NCBI RefSeq assembly: GCF_013149785.1
Contig: NZ_JABEZU010000003.1
Span: forward strand, 248,001-312,000
From: Isoptericola halotolerans
GTDB taxonomy: Bacteria; Actinomycetota; Actinomycetes; Actinomycetales; Cellulomonadaceae
Length of the DNA: 64,000 nt
Direction: 5' to 3'
Both the position numbers and the translations under genes were made by a program. This document shows, one piece after another, positions 19,654 through 29,513 of the stretch. The stretch's first letter is position 1; every line of letters begins with the position of its first letter. Under the pieces are notes generated by a model that was not told where the DNA came from, searched no databases, and worked only from the letters and a program-made list of their open reading frames with translations.

Positions 19654-20646
19654 TCAGAGCCGCAGCGCGACCAGGATGCGCAGCGCCCCGGGCACGGCGG
19701 TGGCGGTCAGGGGCAGCGGGCCGAGCCGTTCGCCGTCGCCGTGAGCGTCGGGCAGGGGTGCCGCCGTCGGGTCGGGCGAGCCGGGGGCGATGGTCACCGC
19801 CCGGGCGCGCAGCACGTGCACGTCGGGGCGGTGCACGTGGCGTCCGGAGAACATCAGGGGGAAGATCCGGGCGGCGGCGGCACGGGTCAGCACGGGGGCC
19901 ACGAGCACGTCGAGCAGGCCGTCGTCGACCACGGCCCGGGGGGTGACGCGGATGCCCCCGCCGATGCGGTCGGTGTTGGCGGCGGTCACCATCGCGGCCC
20001 GCCCGTGCCACGCCCACCCGTCCTGGGAGGGCTCCAGCGGCAGGCCGCCGTCGTCGGTGAGCCCGTGCAGCCGCAAGGAGTACGGCCAGGCCCGGAAGGT
20101 GGCGATCTCGGCCAGGGCGGCCCGGGTGTACCGCCCGCGGGAGCGCATCATCTCGGCGCGGGCGTTGACGGCGGCGTCCAGCCCTGCCGACACGGCGCCG
20201 GCGACCCAGCGGTCGGCGCGGTCCGGGCCGGAGACCCTGATGGCGTCGACCTGGCGCACCGAGCGGGCGTCGACGGCGGCGCGCAGATGGTCGACGCAGG
20301 CCGGCACGTCGCCCCGGGGCATCCCCAGGCAGGCGGCGAAGTCGTCGCCGCTGCCGACGGCCACGATCCCGAGGGCGGTGCTCGTCCCGGCGACCGCCTG
20401 GGCACCGAGGTGGACCATCCCGTCGCCGCCGACGACGAGGGCGTCCACGGCCCGGGCCTCGACCGCCGCCCGGGCCCGGGCGGCGGTCTCGGTGGCCGTC
20501 GGCGCGGACAGGTCGACGACCTGGTGGCCGTCGGCGCGCAGGCGGGCCGTCAGGTACCGGCCGGCGCGGGTGCCTCGTCCGGACCCGGCGGTGGGGTTGA
20601 CCACGACGCCCAGCCGTGACCCGCCGGCGGCGCGAGAGCCGTTCAC
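19654..20646 (-). CDS. Diacylglycerol kinase-family lipid kinase
   Basis: VVNPTAGSG, GGDGMVH, GSGDDFA, AGLDA, IGGGI, DDGLLDV, DGERLG; GTG start overlaps the tatC stop. Confidence 0.85.
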   Translation of the reverse strand: MNGSRAAGGSRLGVVVNPTAGSGRGTRAGRYLTARLRADGHQVVDLSAPTATETAARARAAVEARAVDALVVGGDGMVHLGAQAVAGTSTALGIVAVGSGDDFAACLGMPRGDVPACVDHLRAAVDARSVRQVDAIRVSGPDRADRWVAGAVSAGLDAAVNARAEMMRSRGRYTRAALAEIATFRAWPYSLRLHGLTDDGGLPLEPSQDGWAWHGRAAMVTAANTDRIGGGIRVTPRAVVDDGLLDVLVAPVLTRAAAARIFPLMFSGRHVHRPDVHVLRARAVTIAPGSPDPTAAPLPDAHGDGERLGPLPLTATAVPGALRILVALRL

Positions 20647-21416
20647 CCCGTGGGGGCGACCCGTCGGCGCTCGACGCGGCGGTCGTGCAGGAAGCAGATG
20701 CCCGTCGCGATGAAGTACAGGGCGCAGATCGGCAGGGCGATACCGAACATGCTCAGCACGTCCATCGTGGGGGTGGCGATCGCGGCGAACAGGAACGAGA
20801 TGAGGATGGCCCACCGCCACCCGGCCATCCAGGTGCGTGCCCGCACCGTCCCCATGAGGTTGAGCACCACCATGAACACCGGGACCAGGAACGCGATGCC
20901 GCAGGCCAGGATGAGGCGCATCACGAAGGAGAGGTAGATCTGGGCGCCGACCAGGTTGGAGCTTCCCTCGGGGACGAACTCGTTGAGGACCTCGACGATC
21001 AGCGGCAGGACGAACCAGGCGAGGGAGGCGCCGGCAAGGAACATCGGCACCGCCGCCACGAGGAAGCCGTAGACGTAGCGACGCTCGGTCCGGGTCAGTC
21101 CGGGGTTGATGAACGCGAACACCTGGTACAGCCACCACGGGCTGGAGACGATGACCCCGAGGAACAGCGCGACCTTGACCTGCATGTCGATGGCCGTGGC
21201 CACACCGTCGAAGTTCAGCCCGATCAGCGCGCCACGGCGCTCGGCGGCGTCCTGCAGGGGCTGCACGAGCGCGCTCAGCAGGGGGTCGTACAGGATCCAG
21301 CCCAGGACCGCGCCGGCGAGGAGACCCAGGGCGATGCGCACGACGCGCTTGCGCACCTCGACGAGGTGGTCGCGCAGCGGCATGCGCCCCTCCGGGTCTC
21401 GGGGGGTGCGAGGCAT
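20643..21416 (-). CDS. tatC: Twin-arginine translocase TatC
   Basis: MPLRDHLVEVRKR, WWLYQVFAFINPGLTRTERR; multiple TM segments. Confidence 0.93.
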   Translation of the reverse strand: MPRTPRDPEGRMPLRDHLVEVRKRVVRIALGLLAGAVLGWILYDPLLSALVQPLQDAAERRGALIGLNFDGVATAIDMQVKVALFLGVIVSSPWWLYQVFAFINPGLTRTERRYVYGFLVAAVPMFLAGASLAWFVLPLIVEVLNEFVPEGSSNLVGAQIYLSFVMRLILACGIAFLVPVFMVVLNLMGTVRARTWMAGWRWAILISFLFAAIATPTMDVLSMFGIALPICALYFIATGICFLHDRRVERRRVAPTG

Positions 21417-21423
21417 GGTGCGC

Positions 21424-21705
21424 TCAGGTGTTCTGCGGGTCGTGCGGACCCTTGGCCTGGTGCGAGGTCTGCGACGGCTGCGACGTCTCGGGGGTGGCGG
21501 GCGCGGTGGTGGAGGCGGGGCTCGTCGTGGAGGTGCCCTGATCGGTCGAGCGCGGGGCGTCGGCGTCGTCGGTGAGCTCCGAGACCTCCTTCTTGAACAC
21601 CTTCAGGGACGACCCGATGCTGCGTGCCAGGTCAGGCAGCCGCCGGTAGCCGAAGAGCAGGACGATCAGCAGGACGAGCACGACGATGACGTACGGGTTT
21701 CTCAC
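21424..21705 (-). CDS. tatA: Twin-arginine translocase TatA
   Basis: TM helix followed by LLFGYRRLPDLARSIGSSLKVFKKEV. Confidence 0.92.
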   Translation of the reverse strand: MRNPYVIVVLVLLIVLLFGYRRLPDLARSIGSSLKVFKKEVSELTDDADAPRSTDQGTSTTSPASTTAPATPETSQPSQTSHQAKGPHDPQNT

Positions 21706-21773
21706 GAAGTCCCACTCCCAAGGTGTTCGGCGCGCGCCATGTCCCGGCGCAGCTCCAGTCTAGGCACACGTCG

Positions 21774-22136
21774 TCACCGGGTGGAATACCGCTCGTGGCG
21801 GCGGCGCTCCCACCAGGTGCTCGTGGTCCAGGAGCGCCACGTGGCCGCCTGGCGCTGCCGACGCAGGGCTCGTCGCCGGAGCCGCTGCCGACGTCGCTCG
21901 GCCACCCGTCCGCGCAGCACCTCGGGCGGGTCGAACATCGTCGCGGAGGTGTCGGCCCGCTGCTCCTCGGCACGCCGGAGAGCCTGGTCGAGCCGTTCGG
22001 AGACCTCGCCCACCGTGCGCCCGGCCGCACCGGCCTCGCGCAGCAGGCGAAGACCCGCCCGCACCACGCCCCAGGCGACCCAGCCGAGCACCGCCAGCGC
22101 GGCGACGACCAGCAGCGACCACACCCACACCCACAT
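21774..22136 (-). CDS. Small membrane-anchored hypothetical protein
   Basis: N-terminal TM helix then a charged helix; lies between pafC and tatA. Confidence 0.65.
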   Translation of the reverse strand: MWVWVWSLLVVAALAVLGWVAWGVVRAGLRLLREAGAAGRTVGEVSERLDQALRRAEEQRADTSATMFDPPEVLRGRVAERRRQRLRRRALRRQRQAATWRSWTTSTWWERRRHERYSTR

Positions 22137-22140
22137 GCGG

Positions 22141-23139
22141 TCAGCCTAACGGCGTGCTGTCGGTGCCCTCATCGGCATCGGCCGCCAGCGCGGCCCGCGC
22201 CGCGGCGGCCACGTCGGCGGCCACGTCCGGGGGTTCCACCGCCAGGACGTCGGGGGCGTTGGTCAGCAGCAGGCGGCGCAGCCAGGCCGGGTTCGTCACC
22301 CGCAGCCTGACCTCGAACGACCCGTCGGGGAGGTCCCTGACGCCCTCGACGGGAACCTCCTCGGCGACCCAGCGTGCCGGCGACGCGAGTCGTAGCGTGG
22401 CCACCCGGGGCGACTGACCCACGTCGGCGGCCACCTGCGCGAACACGTCCACGTCGGGATCCAGGTCGTGCTCGGCCACGTCGAGGTCGGTGGCCACCGC
22501 CTCCAGCACCCGGTCCACCCGGAAGGTGCGACGACCTGCCGCCCGGTAGCACCAGCCCACCAGGTAGGTCGCGTCGTCCTGGGTCACCAGGCGCACCGGG
22601 TCGACGTCGCGCTCGCTGACGGCGTCCGCCGCGTCGACGTACCGCAGACGCACCCGCCGACCCGCCGCGACCGCCCGCGTCAGCACACCGAGGACCCGGC
22701 TGTCCCCCTCACCGCCGAGCCGCACGTCCACGGCGTGCGCCGCCTCGCCCGTGGCCGCCGTGAGCTTGGCCAGCGCCGAACCCACCACGGCCGTGCGCTC
22801 GGCGTCGGCCTGCACCGCCGGAGTGGTGTGCATCGCTCGCAGCGCGGCCACCAGCGCCACCGCCTCGCGGGTCCCGAGCCGCAGGGGGCGGGTCAGCCCC
22901 CGGCTCTGCGTGAGCGTCACGAGCCCCTCTTCCAACGAGAACGCGTCGAAGTCGATGAGGTCGTCCGGCATGTACCCCGGCGTCCCCGAGACCCACAGCG
23001 CGTCGATGTCCTGCCGGATGCGCTCGGTGCTGACCCCGAACTGGCGGGCGAGCTCGTCCACCCCGACCGGGCCCGCGTCGTCCAGGTAGGCGACGATCCC
23101 CAGCAACCGCACCAGACGGTCGTCAGCCCGCTCAACCAT
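22141..23139 (-). CDS. pafC: HTH-WYL-WCX transcriptional regulator PafC
   Basis: RLVRLLGIVAYL, GTPGYMPDDLID, RPLRL, ERDVDP, YLVGWC, RTFRVDRV. Confidence 0.9.
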   Translation of the reverse strand: MVERADDRLVRLLGIVAYLDDAGPVGVDELARQFGVSTERIRQDIDALWVSGTPGYMPDDLIDFDAFSLEEGLVTLTQSRGLTRPLRLGTREAVALVAALRAMHTTPAVQADAERTAVVGSALAKLTAATGEAAHAVDVRLGGEGDSRVLGVLTRAVAAGRRVRLRYVDAADAVSERDVDPVRLVTQDDATYLVGWCYRAAGRRTFRVDRVLEAVATDLDVAEHDLDPDVDVFAQVAADVGQSPRVATLRLASPARWVAEEVPVEGVRDLPDGSFEVRLRVTNPAWLRRLLLTNAPDVLAVEPPDVAADVAAAARAALAADADEGTDSTPLG

Positions 23140-24160
23140 GCCGCTCCCCCGTCTCGCCCGCCCCGCCGTCCAGCCGCGCCGCAGCCGCCAGCCGGCGGCG
23201 CACCTCGGAGCGCAGCTCGGCCGGCTCGACCACCAGCACCGCTGCGCCGTACCCCGCCACCTCGTCCGCGATGGCCGTCATCGACCGGAAAGGCACCGCC
23301 ACGACATCGCGGCCCCGCGGCGCTCGCGGCACCCCCGGCCCCGGCCCGACAGCGCGTGCCCGCAGGACCGGTGCCCTCTCGGGGGCCACCGCGAGGAGAG
23401 CCGTGCGCTCAGCGCCGACACGGGCGCCGAGGGCGGCGTCGACGTCGACGCGGTCCGGGATCGTGTACGCCCCCGCCTCGGCGCCCACCCGCACCCGCCC
23501 GTCGATGCGCGAGAGCCGGAACACCCGCGTCGCCTCGCGCTCGCGGTCGTGCCCGACCACGTACCACCCGCCACCGCGTGCGGCGATGCGCCACGGTTCG
23601 ACGGTGCGGGTGCGCACCTCGCCGGTGTTGGCCGCGCGGTAGCGGAACGTGACCACCCGTCGCTCCGAGACGGCCTCGAGCAACGGGCCGTAGGCGTCCC
23701 CGGCGGCCCGCAGGCGCGGCGTCAGCCCGGCGACGGCGTCCCCGGCAGCGTCCGCCGCACCGGCGGCCGCGAGCTTCGTCATGGCCCGGGACATGTCGGT
23801 GCGCAGCGTCTTGTCCGACCACAGCTGGGCGGCCAACGCCACCACCCCCAGCTCGGCGGGCGTCAGGTCCACCGGCGGCAGCGCGTACGCGTCGTTGTCG
23901 ATGCGGTAGCCGACCTCGTCGCTGTGCCCCGAGCCCTCGACGGTCACGATCGGCACGCCGAGCGCGCGCAACGTGTCCTTGTCCCGTTCGAACATCCGCT
24001 CGAAGGCCTCGGTGGAGGGTGCCGCCCCGTACCCGTGCACGCCGGAGCGCACCTGCTGCTTCGTCATCGCCGCCGAGGTGTTCACCAGCGCGATGACGAG
24101 GTTCAGCAGTCGCTCGTCCGGTCGGGTCGGCGGTTCGCCCGCCGCGTGGTCACCTGCCAT
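23132..24160 (-). CDS. pafB: HTH-WYL-WCX transcriptional regulator PafB
   Basis: ERLLNLVIAL, AFERMFERDKDTLRALGVPI, RTVEPW, WYVVGHDRER, VFRLSRI. Confidence 0.92.
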   Translation of the reverse strand: MAGDHAAGEPPTRPDERLLNLVIALVNTSAAMTKQQVRSGVHGYGAAPSTEAFERMFERDKDTLRALGVPIVTVEGSGHSDEVGYRIDNDAYALPPVDLTPAELGVVALAAQLWSDKTLRTDMSRAMTKLAAAGAADAAGDAVAGLTPRLRAAGDAYGPLLEAVSERRVVTFRYRAANTGEVRTRTVEPWRIAARGGGWYVVGHDREREATRVFRLSRIDGRVRVGAEAGAYTIPDRVDVDAALGARVGAERTALLAVAPERAPVLRARAVGPGPGVPRAPRGRDVVAVPFRSMTAIADEVAGYGAAVLVVEPAELRSEVRRRLAAAARLDGGAGETGERHG

Positions 24161-24195
24161 CGGCCACCACGGTAGCCCCAGGTACGCTCTCACGG

Positions 24196-25392
24196 GTGAC
24201 GACAGGCCCGACCCACCGACGAACTGCCGCCGACCACGTGACCTGGCGAACCGGGACCGTGACCGCACGCCACCGTTCGTGGCCGGGCGCCCGCGAGCTC
24301 GCGGTGCAGCTGACCGAGCCGCTGCCCTCGCCCGACGACGCCACCGGCACCCGTGAGGTGCGGGCCCTCGCCTACACGGCCCTGGTGGGCGACCCCGAGG
24401 TCGGAGACCTGCTGGCGCTGAACGTCTCGGCGCTGGCCCGTGGTCTCGGCACCGGCGGGTACGCGTTGGTCGTGGCACCTGCCGACCCCCGTGCGGTCCC
24501 CCCGGACCCGCCTGCCGGCCCGGGGCACCTCGTCAAGGCGCGCTACACACCCTTGCAGGCGCTGGTGCTCGGCGTCGACGAGCAGGAGTCCGACCACCAC
24601 GGCGTGCTGCAGGACGCCGACGACCTGGCCGGGCTGCCCGTGGTCGTCGCCGACCTGCACTCCGCGGTGCCCGCGATCGTCGCCGGAGCCCGGTACGCCG
24701 CCGAGTCCGCCGGAGCGGCCCCGCCGCGGGTCGCGTACGTGATGACGGACGGCGGTGCGCTCCCTGCCGCCTTCTCGCGGACCGTCGCGGCGCTGCGCGA
24801 GAGCGGCTGGCTGGCCTCGACGATCACCGTCGGCCAGGCGTTCGGGGGCGACCACGAGGCCGTCTCCGTGCACAGCGGTCTGCTGGCCGCCCACCACGTC
24901 GTGGGCGCCGACCTCGTCGTCGTCGCCCAAGGACCCGGCAACCTCGGCACCGGCACCCGGTGGGGGTTCTCCGGCGTGACGGCCGGCGAGGTCGTCAACG
25001 CCGCGGCCACCCTCGGCGGCCGGGCCGTCGCGTCCCTGCGCGTCTCCGGGGCGGACCGGCGCGACCGACACCTCGGGGTCTCCCACCACTCCCTGACCGC
25101 CTACGGCCGGGTGGCGCTCGCCGCCGCCGACGTCGTCGTACCCCGCCCCGACCCGGAGCTGCAGGCCCACCCCGCCTGGGGCGCCGGGCTCACCCAGCGC
25201 ATCCACGACCAGGCCGACACGCTCTCCGCACGCCACCGCCTCGTCGAACGAGCAGCCACCGTGCAGCTGCTCGACGTCCTGCACCGCTGCCCCGTGCGTC
25301 TCTCCACCATGGGTCGCGGCCTCGATGCGGACCCCGCGGCCTTCGTCACCGCCGCCGTCTCCGGCCAGCACGCCTACGACCTGCCCGTATGA
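24196..25392 (+). CDS. DUF3866-family protein
   Basis: LGTGGY, GHLVKARYTPLQ, ADLHSA, YVMTDGGALP, TVGQAFGG, QGPGNLGTGTRWGFSG, GVSHHS; divergent from pafB. Confidence 0.85.
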   Translation: MTTGPTHRRTAADHVTWRTGTVTARHRSWPGARELAVQLTEPLPSPDDATGTREVRALAYTALVGDPEVGDLLALNVSALARGLGTGGYALVVAPADPRAVPPDPPAGPGHLVKARYTPLQALVLGVDEQESDHHGVLQDADDLAGLPVVVADLHSAVPAIVAGARYAAESAGAAPPRVAYVMTDGGALPAAFSRTVAALRESGWLASTITVGQAFGGDHEAVSVHSGLLAAHHVVGADLVVVAQGPGNLGTGTRWGFSGVTAGEVVNAAATLGGRAVASLRVSGADRRDRHLGVSHHSLTAYGRVALAAADVVVPRPDPELQAHPAWGAGLTQRIHDQADTLSARHRLVERAATVQLLDVLHRCPVRLSTMGRGLDADPAAFVTAAVSGQHAYDLPV

Positions 25393-26105
25393 GACCGCGT
25401 GACCTCGGCACCCACCCGGCGACCCTGGTCGTCCTGACCGCCACGGTCCTGCTCGGCGCCGCCACGGCCACGCCCTGGCGCCTGACGTTGCCCGCTCCCC
25501 TGCTCGAGATCGCGCTCGGCGAGGCACCCGAGCCCGTCGTACCGCCCCCACCCCCGCCCGGGCCACCTGACGACCCGACGGCACGCGACCCGGACGACAC
25601 GCTCCTCACCGTCCTGGCCGTCCTGGGCGTCGTCGCCCTGGTGCTCCTGCTCTGGGTCGCCGCCCGCAAGGTGCTCGCAGCGCTCCGCAGCACGACACCA
25701 GCACCCGCCCCGCCCGAGCCCGACACGCTCGACCCCGGGACGGACCTCGCGACCGACGCGGAACCCACGATGCCCCTGCCGGAGCTCGTCGACGCGGTCA
25801 CCCGGGCCCTCGCCCTCCTCGACGCCGCCGACGGACCCCGCGACGCCGTCGTCGCAGCCTGGGTGGCTCTCGAGGACGCCGCCGCCGAGCACGGCACCGC
25901 ACGCGACCCTGCCCAGACCCCCACCGAGTTCACCGCCCAGGTGCTCGCCGCCACAGCCGCGCCGCCCGACCACGTCACCGCCCTGCGCCACCTCTACCAA
26001 CGCGCACGCTTCACCACCCGCCCCACCGCTCCCGAGGACGTCGCCTCCGCCCGCGACGCGCTCGTCCACATCGCCCGCAGCCTCGACACCCCCGACGCAC
26101 CATGA
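25389..26105 (+). CDS. DUF4129-domain membrane protein
   Basis: Two hydrophobic segments; C-terminal AWVALE..RDPAQTPTEF..LYQRARF. Confidence 0.8.
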   Translation: MRPRDLGTHPATLVVLTATVLLGAATATPWRLTLPAPLLEIALGEAPEPVVPPPPPPGPPDDPTARDPDDTLLTVLAVLGVVALVLLLWVAARKVLAALRSTTPAPAPPEPDTLDPGTDLATDAEPTMPLPELVDAVTRALALLDAADGPRDAVVAAWVALEDAAAEHGTARDPAQTPTEFTAQVLAATAAPPDHVTALRHLYQRARFTTRPTAPEDVASARDALVHIARSLDTPDAP

Positions 26106-26584
26106 CCCGCCGCCACGTTCCGGCAGCCCTCGCCCTGCTCACCGCGACCCTGCTCGCCACCACCGGCACCCTCGACACCGTCCACGCGCTGACCCTGCCC
26201 GCCGGAGCGCTCGTGATGTGGCACGCCTGGCACGCCCTGGGCACCGGCACCGAGTCCGGCTGGGCGCCCGCCCCCTCCGAGCAGCGCCACGGCGCACGCC
26301 ACGACGTCACCGACCTCGGCTGGGCCGCCCTGACCCGCGACGGCCGCGTGTCCGCCCGCGTCACCCGGCGCGTCACGGCCATCGCCGCCCACCGGCTGGC
26401 ACCCCACGGCATCGACCTCGCCGACCCCACGCACCGCGACGCCGCCGCCGCACTCCTCGGACCCGACGTCATCGACCAGATCCGCTCCCGGCGCCCACCC
26501 ACACCACGCACCCTGCACCGCTGGCTCGACGCCCTCGAACGCATCCCGCCCACCCCGACCCGACCCGGAAGGCACCCCCGATGA
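26102..26584 (+). CDS. Hypothetical membrane protein of the MoxR operon
   Basis: ATGA overlaps on both sides; hydrophobic N-terminus; ends in LDALERI-like motif. Confidence 0.65.
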   Translation: MTRRHVPAALALLTATLLATTGTLDTVHALTLPAGALVMWHAWHALGTGTESGWAPAPSEQRHGARHDVTDLGWAALTRDGRVSARVTRRVTAIAAHRLAPHGIDLADPTHRDAAAALLGPDVIDQIRSRRPPTPRTLHRWLDALERIPPTPTRPGRHPR

Positions 26585-27564
26585 CCCACCAGACCCCCGT
26601 CCTCCCGGTCGCCGACGTCGCCGCGCACGCTCGCGCCGTCCTCGACGAGATCGGCACCGCCGTCGTCGGCATGCGCGACTCCCTCGAGCTGGCGCTCGCG
26701 GCGGTGCTGGCCGGCGGGCACGTGCTGTTCGAGGACGTGCCGGGCCTGGGCAAGACGCTGGCGGCCCGTTCCCTGGCCACGGCGATCGGCCTGGACTTCG
26801 CCCGCCTGCAGTGCACCCCCGACCTGCTGCCCAGCGACGTCACCGGCTCGAGCATCTTCGACCCGGCGACCCGTGAGTTCGTCTTCCGCCCGGGCCCCGT
26901 CTTCACGGGCCTCTTCCTCGCCGACGAGATCAACCGCACCGCTCCCAAGACCCAGTCGGCACTGCTCGAGGCCATGGCCGAACGGCAGGTGTCCGCCGAG
27001 GGCACGACCCGTCCGCTGCCTCGGCCGTTCCACGTCGTCGCCACGTCCAACCCGGTCGAGTACGAGGGCACCTACCCGCTGCCCGAGGCGCAGCTCGACC
27101 GCTTCATGGTGCGTCTCGCCGTCGGGTACCCGGACCGGGATCAGGAGCGCGACGTCCTCCTGCGGCGCGTCGCACGGCGCCAGGAGGCTGCTCCCGTGCG
27201 GCAGGTCGTCGACGCGGAGACCGTGCTGGCGATGCAGGCCGGTGTCGAGGCCACCGAGGTCGACCCCGACGTCGCCGCCTACTGCGTGGACCTGGCCGCC
27301 GCCACGCGAGGACACACCGCGCTCGAGGTCGGTGCCTCTCCGCGTGGTTCGCAGAACCTGCTGCTCCTCGCGCGGGCGGTCGCGGTGCTGGACGGCCGCG
27401 ACCACGCGCTGCCCGAGGACGTCAAGCGGGTCGCCGTGCCGGTGCTCGCCCACCGCCTCACGCTCACCCCCACCGCCTGGGCCGCTGCGGTCCGCCCGGA
27501 GGACGTCGTCCAGGATCTGCTCGCCACGGTGCCGGGTCCGGCGACGGTCGGGTCCGATCGGTGA
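26581..27564 (+). CDS. moxR: MoxR-family AAA+ ATPase
   Basis: EDVPGLGKT, QCTPDLLPSD, ADEINRTAPKTQSALLEAM, ATSNPVEYEGTYPLPEAQLDRF, GASPRG. Confidence 0.95.
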   Translation: MTHQTPVLPVADVAAHARAVLDEIGTAVVGMRDSLELALAAVLAGGHVLFEDVPGLGKTLAARSLATAIGLDFARLQCTPDLLPSDVTGSSIFDPATREFVFRPGPVFTGLFLADEINRTAPKTQSALLEAMAERQVSAEGTTRPLPRPFHVVATSNPVEYEGTYPLPEAQLDRFMVRLAVGYPDRDQERDVLLRRVARRQEAAPVRQVVDAETVLAMQAGVEATEVDPDVAAYCVDLAAATRGHTALEVGASPRGSQNLLLLARAVAVLDGRDHALPEDVKRVAVPVLAHRLTLTPTAWAAAVRPEDVVQDLLATVPGPATVGSDR

Positions 27565-28955
27565 GCTTCGGTGCCGGCGAGCGAGAGGACGCTCGCGAAC
27601 GAGGACTGCGCGGACCGGGCGACCCTGTGTGGCGTCGAACGCCGCACGCCGTGGCCGGGACGGTGGTAGGCCTGGTGCTGCTGACCGTCGGGCTGCTGGC
27701 CGGGCGCCCGGACGTGGCGCTGGTCGGGGTCCCCGTGCTGCTCGGTGTGGCCTGGACCGGACGACCCGGTGCGCTGACGGAGGCGGCCCCGGACCGCGCG
27801 ACACATCATGCGCTCACGGCCGCGGACCGACCCGCCGCACCTGGTGAGCTGGCGGCCGTGCTGACCCTGGAACCGTCGCCCGGCGTGGAGGTCGTGCACC
27901 TGCGCGTCGCCGCGCCGGGGCATCGCACGGCAGAGGTGCTCCTGGCGCCCGGCCCACGCATGCTCGAGCTCGGGTTGGCGACCGTACGGACCGGACCGCA
28001 ACCGACCTTCGTCGCGGACGTGCGAGGCGTCGGTGCCGGCGGTGCGGTGGCCGAGGACGCCGAGCGCACCGCAGCCCCGGAGCGCCTCGTGCTGCCCGCC
28101 GCGATGCCGCTGGGTCGGGTGCCGCTGCCGGCTCGGCTGCGCGGGTTGACGGGCCCGCACGTCTCCCGGCGGCTGGGCGACGGCGGCGAGCTGCGCGACG
28201 TCCACCTCTTCACCCCGGGCGACCGGCTGCGCCGGATCGACTGGCGGACGACAGCACGCAGGTCACCTGCGCTGGAGGAGCTGTACGTGCGGCGTACGTA
28301 TGCCACGGCGGAGGCGACCACGGTCCTGGTCGTCGACTCGCGTGACGACGTCGGCCCCGACCTGCGGACGTGGCGGGGCAACGGACCGCTGCGCATCGAC
28401 GAGCCGACGTCGCTCGACCTGGCGCGTCATGCGGCCGCTTCCGTGGCGAGCGCGGTGGTGACCGCCGGGGACCGGGTCGGTCTCGACGACCTCGGACGGC
28501 GCCGCCGGCCCCTGCCGCCGGCGGCCGGACGACGTCACCTTCGCCGGGTTCTCCACGGGCTCGCGACGTGCAGCCCGCTCGGCGCACCGGCGCGCCGCCT
28601 GCGCCCTCCGCGACTGCCGGCGGACGCCATCGTCTACCTCTTCACGACGGCGCTCGACGACGAGTCGTTGCGCATGGTCCGTACCTGGCACGACCAGGGG
28701 CACCGGGTGGTCGTCATCGACACCCTGCCGGCCATCCATCCCGTCCACGAGGTCCATCTGCGCCTGGCGTGGCGCGTGACCCGCATGGAGCGGGACGACC
28801 GGCTGCGCCAGATGGCGGCGGAGGGAGTCCCGGTCATCGCCTGGGCGGGCGACTCCCGTGCCCAGGCGGGCGCTCACCTCGAGGCGTTGGTGCGGGCGTC
28901 GGAACGGCACCGCGGACCGGCACCGGCGGGCCTGGCCTCGGGGGCGACCCGATGA
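27561..28955 (+). CDS. DUF58 (vWA-like) protein
   Basis: GPHVSRRLGDGGEL, PGDRLRRIDWRTTARR; follows moxR. Confidence 0.88.
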   Translation: MSFGAGEREDARERGLRGPGDPVWRRTPHAVAGTVVGLVLLTVGLLAGRPDVALVGVPVLLGVAWTGRPGALTEAAPDRATHHALTAADRPAAPGELAAVLTLEPSPGVEVVHLRVAAPGHRTAEVLLAPGPRMLELGLATVRTGPQPTFVADVRGVGAGGAVAEDAERTAAPERLVLPAAMPLGRVPLPARLRGLTGPHVSRRLGDGGELRDVHLFTPGDRLRRIDWRTTARRSPALEELYVRRTYATAEATTVLVVDSRDDVGPDLRTWRGNGPLRIDEPTSLDLARHAAASVASAVVTAGDRVGLDDLGRRRRPLPPAAGRRHLRRVLHGLATCSPLGAPARRLRPPRLPADAIVYLFTTALDDESLRMVRTWHDQGHRVVVIDTLPAIHPVHEVHLRLAWRVTRMERDDRLRQMAAEGVPVIAWAGDSRAQAGAHLEALVRASERHRGPAPAGLASGATR

Positions 28956-29509
28956 ACCTCGCCGCCGAGGTCGCCGAGCTGCGCCGTCGCCGGACGGAGC
29001 GTCCGCTGCCCAGGGTTCGCGTCGAGCACGGCCGGACCGTGCCGGTGTGGGTGCTCCGGACAGCGGCAGGTGCCGCCGTCGCCGCCCTCGTCCTGGCCTC
29101 GGGACGGCGCTCCGGCCTTGTCCTGGAGCCGGTCGTGGTGCTCGCGGTCCTGCTCGCCGCGTGGGCCGTGTGGCGGCCGGGCGGCCTCTCGGCCCACCTC
29201 GCCGTCCTGCTCGCAGGCCTGATGCTGCTGGGCTCCAGCGTGTCCCCCGTCGACCCGGCAGTGTTCTGGATCGCACCGTGCGGCTACCTGGCCGTGCGAC
29301 TGTGCTGGTGGGCAGGCAGGAGCGGGCTGCGGTCACGCGTGGAGCTGGCCGTCCTGCGCCGCAGCGGCGGCCGGGACCTCGCGGTGGTCGCGGCGAGCCT
29401 CGTCGTCGGTGGGGGCGCCTGGCTGGTCGCCGGGGTGCCCGTCGGCGGGCTCGTGGTGATCGGAGGTGCCGCGCTGCTCGCGCTGGCGTGGTCACTGCTG
29501 CCACGATGA
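28952..29509 (+). CDS. Hypothetical integral membrane protein
   Basis: ATGA overlap with DUF58; several hydrophobic helices. Confidence 0.65.
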   Translation: MNLAAEVAELRRRRTERPLPRVRVEHGRTVPVWVLRTAAGAAVAALVLASGRRSGLVLEPVVVLAVLLAAWAVWRPGGLSAHLAVLLAGLMLLGSSVSPVDPAVFWIAPCGYLAVRLCWWAGRSGLRSRVELAVLRRSGGRDLAVVAASLVVGGGAWLVAGVPVGGLVVIGGAALLALAWSLLPR

Positions 29510-29513
29510 CCCG

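Noticed and set aside
15182..19744. 1520-aa + strand ORF (and similar long ORFs at 47213-50671, 8610-10838, 35472-37763, 50911-52953)
   Set aside because: These are antisense shadows of real minus-strand genes, expected in high-GC DNA, and have no protein motifs.
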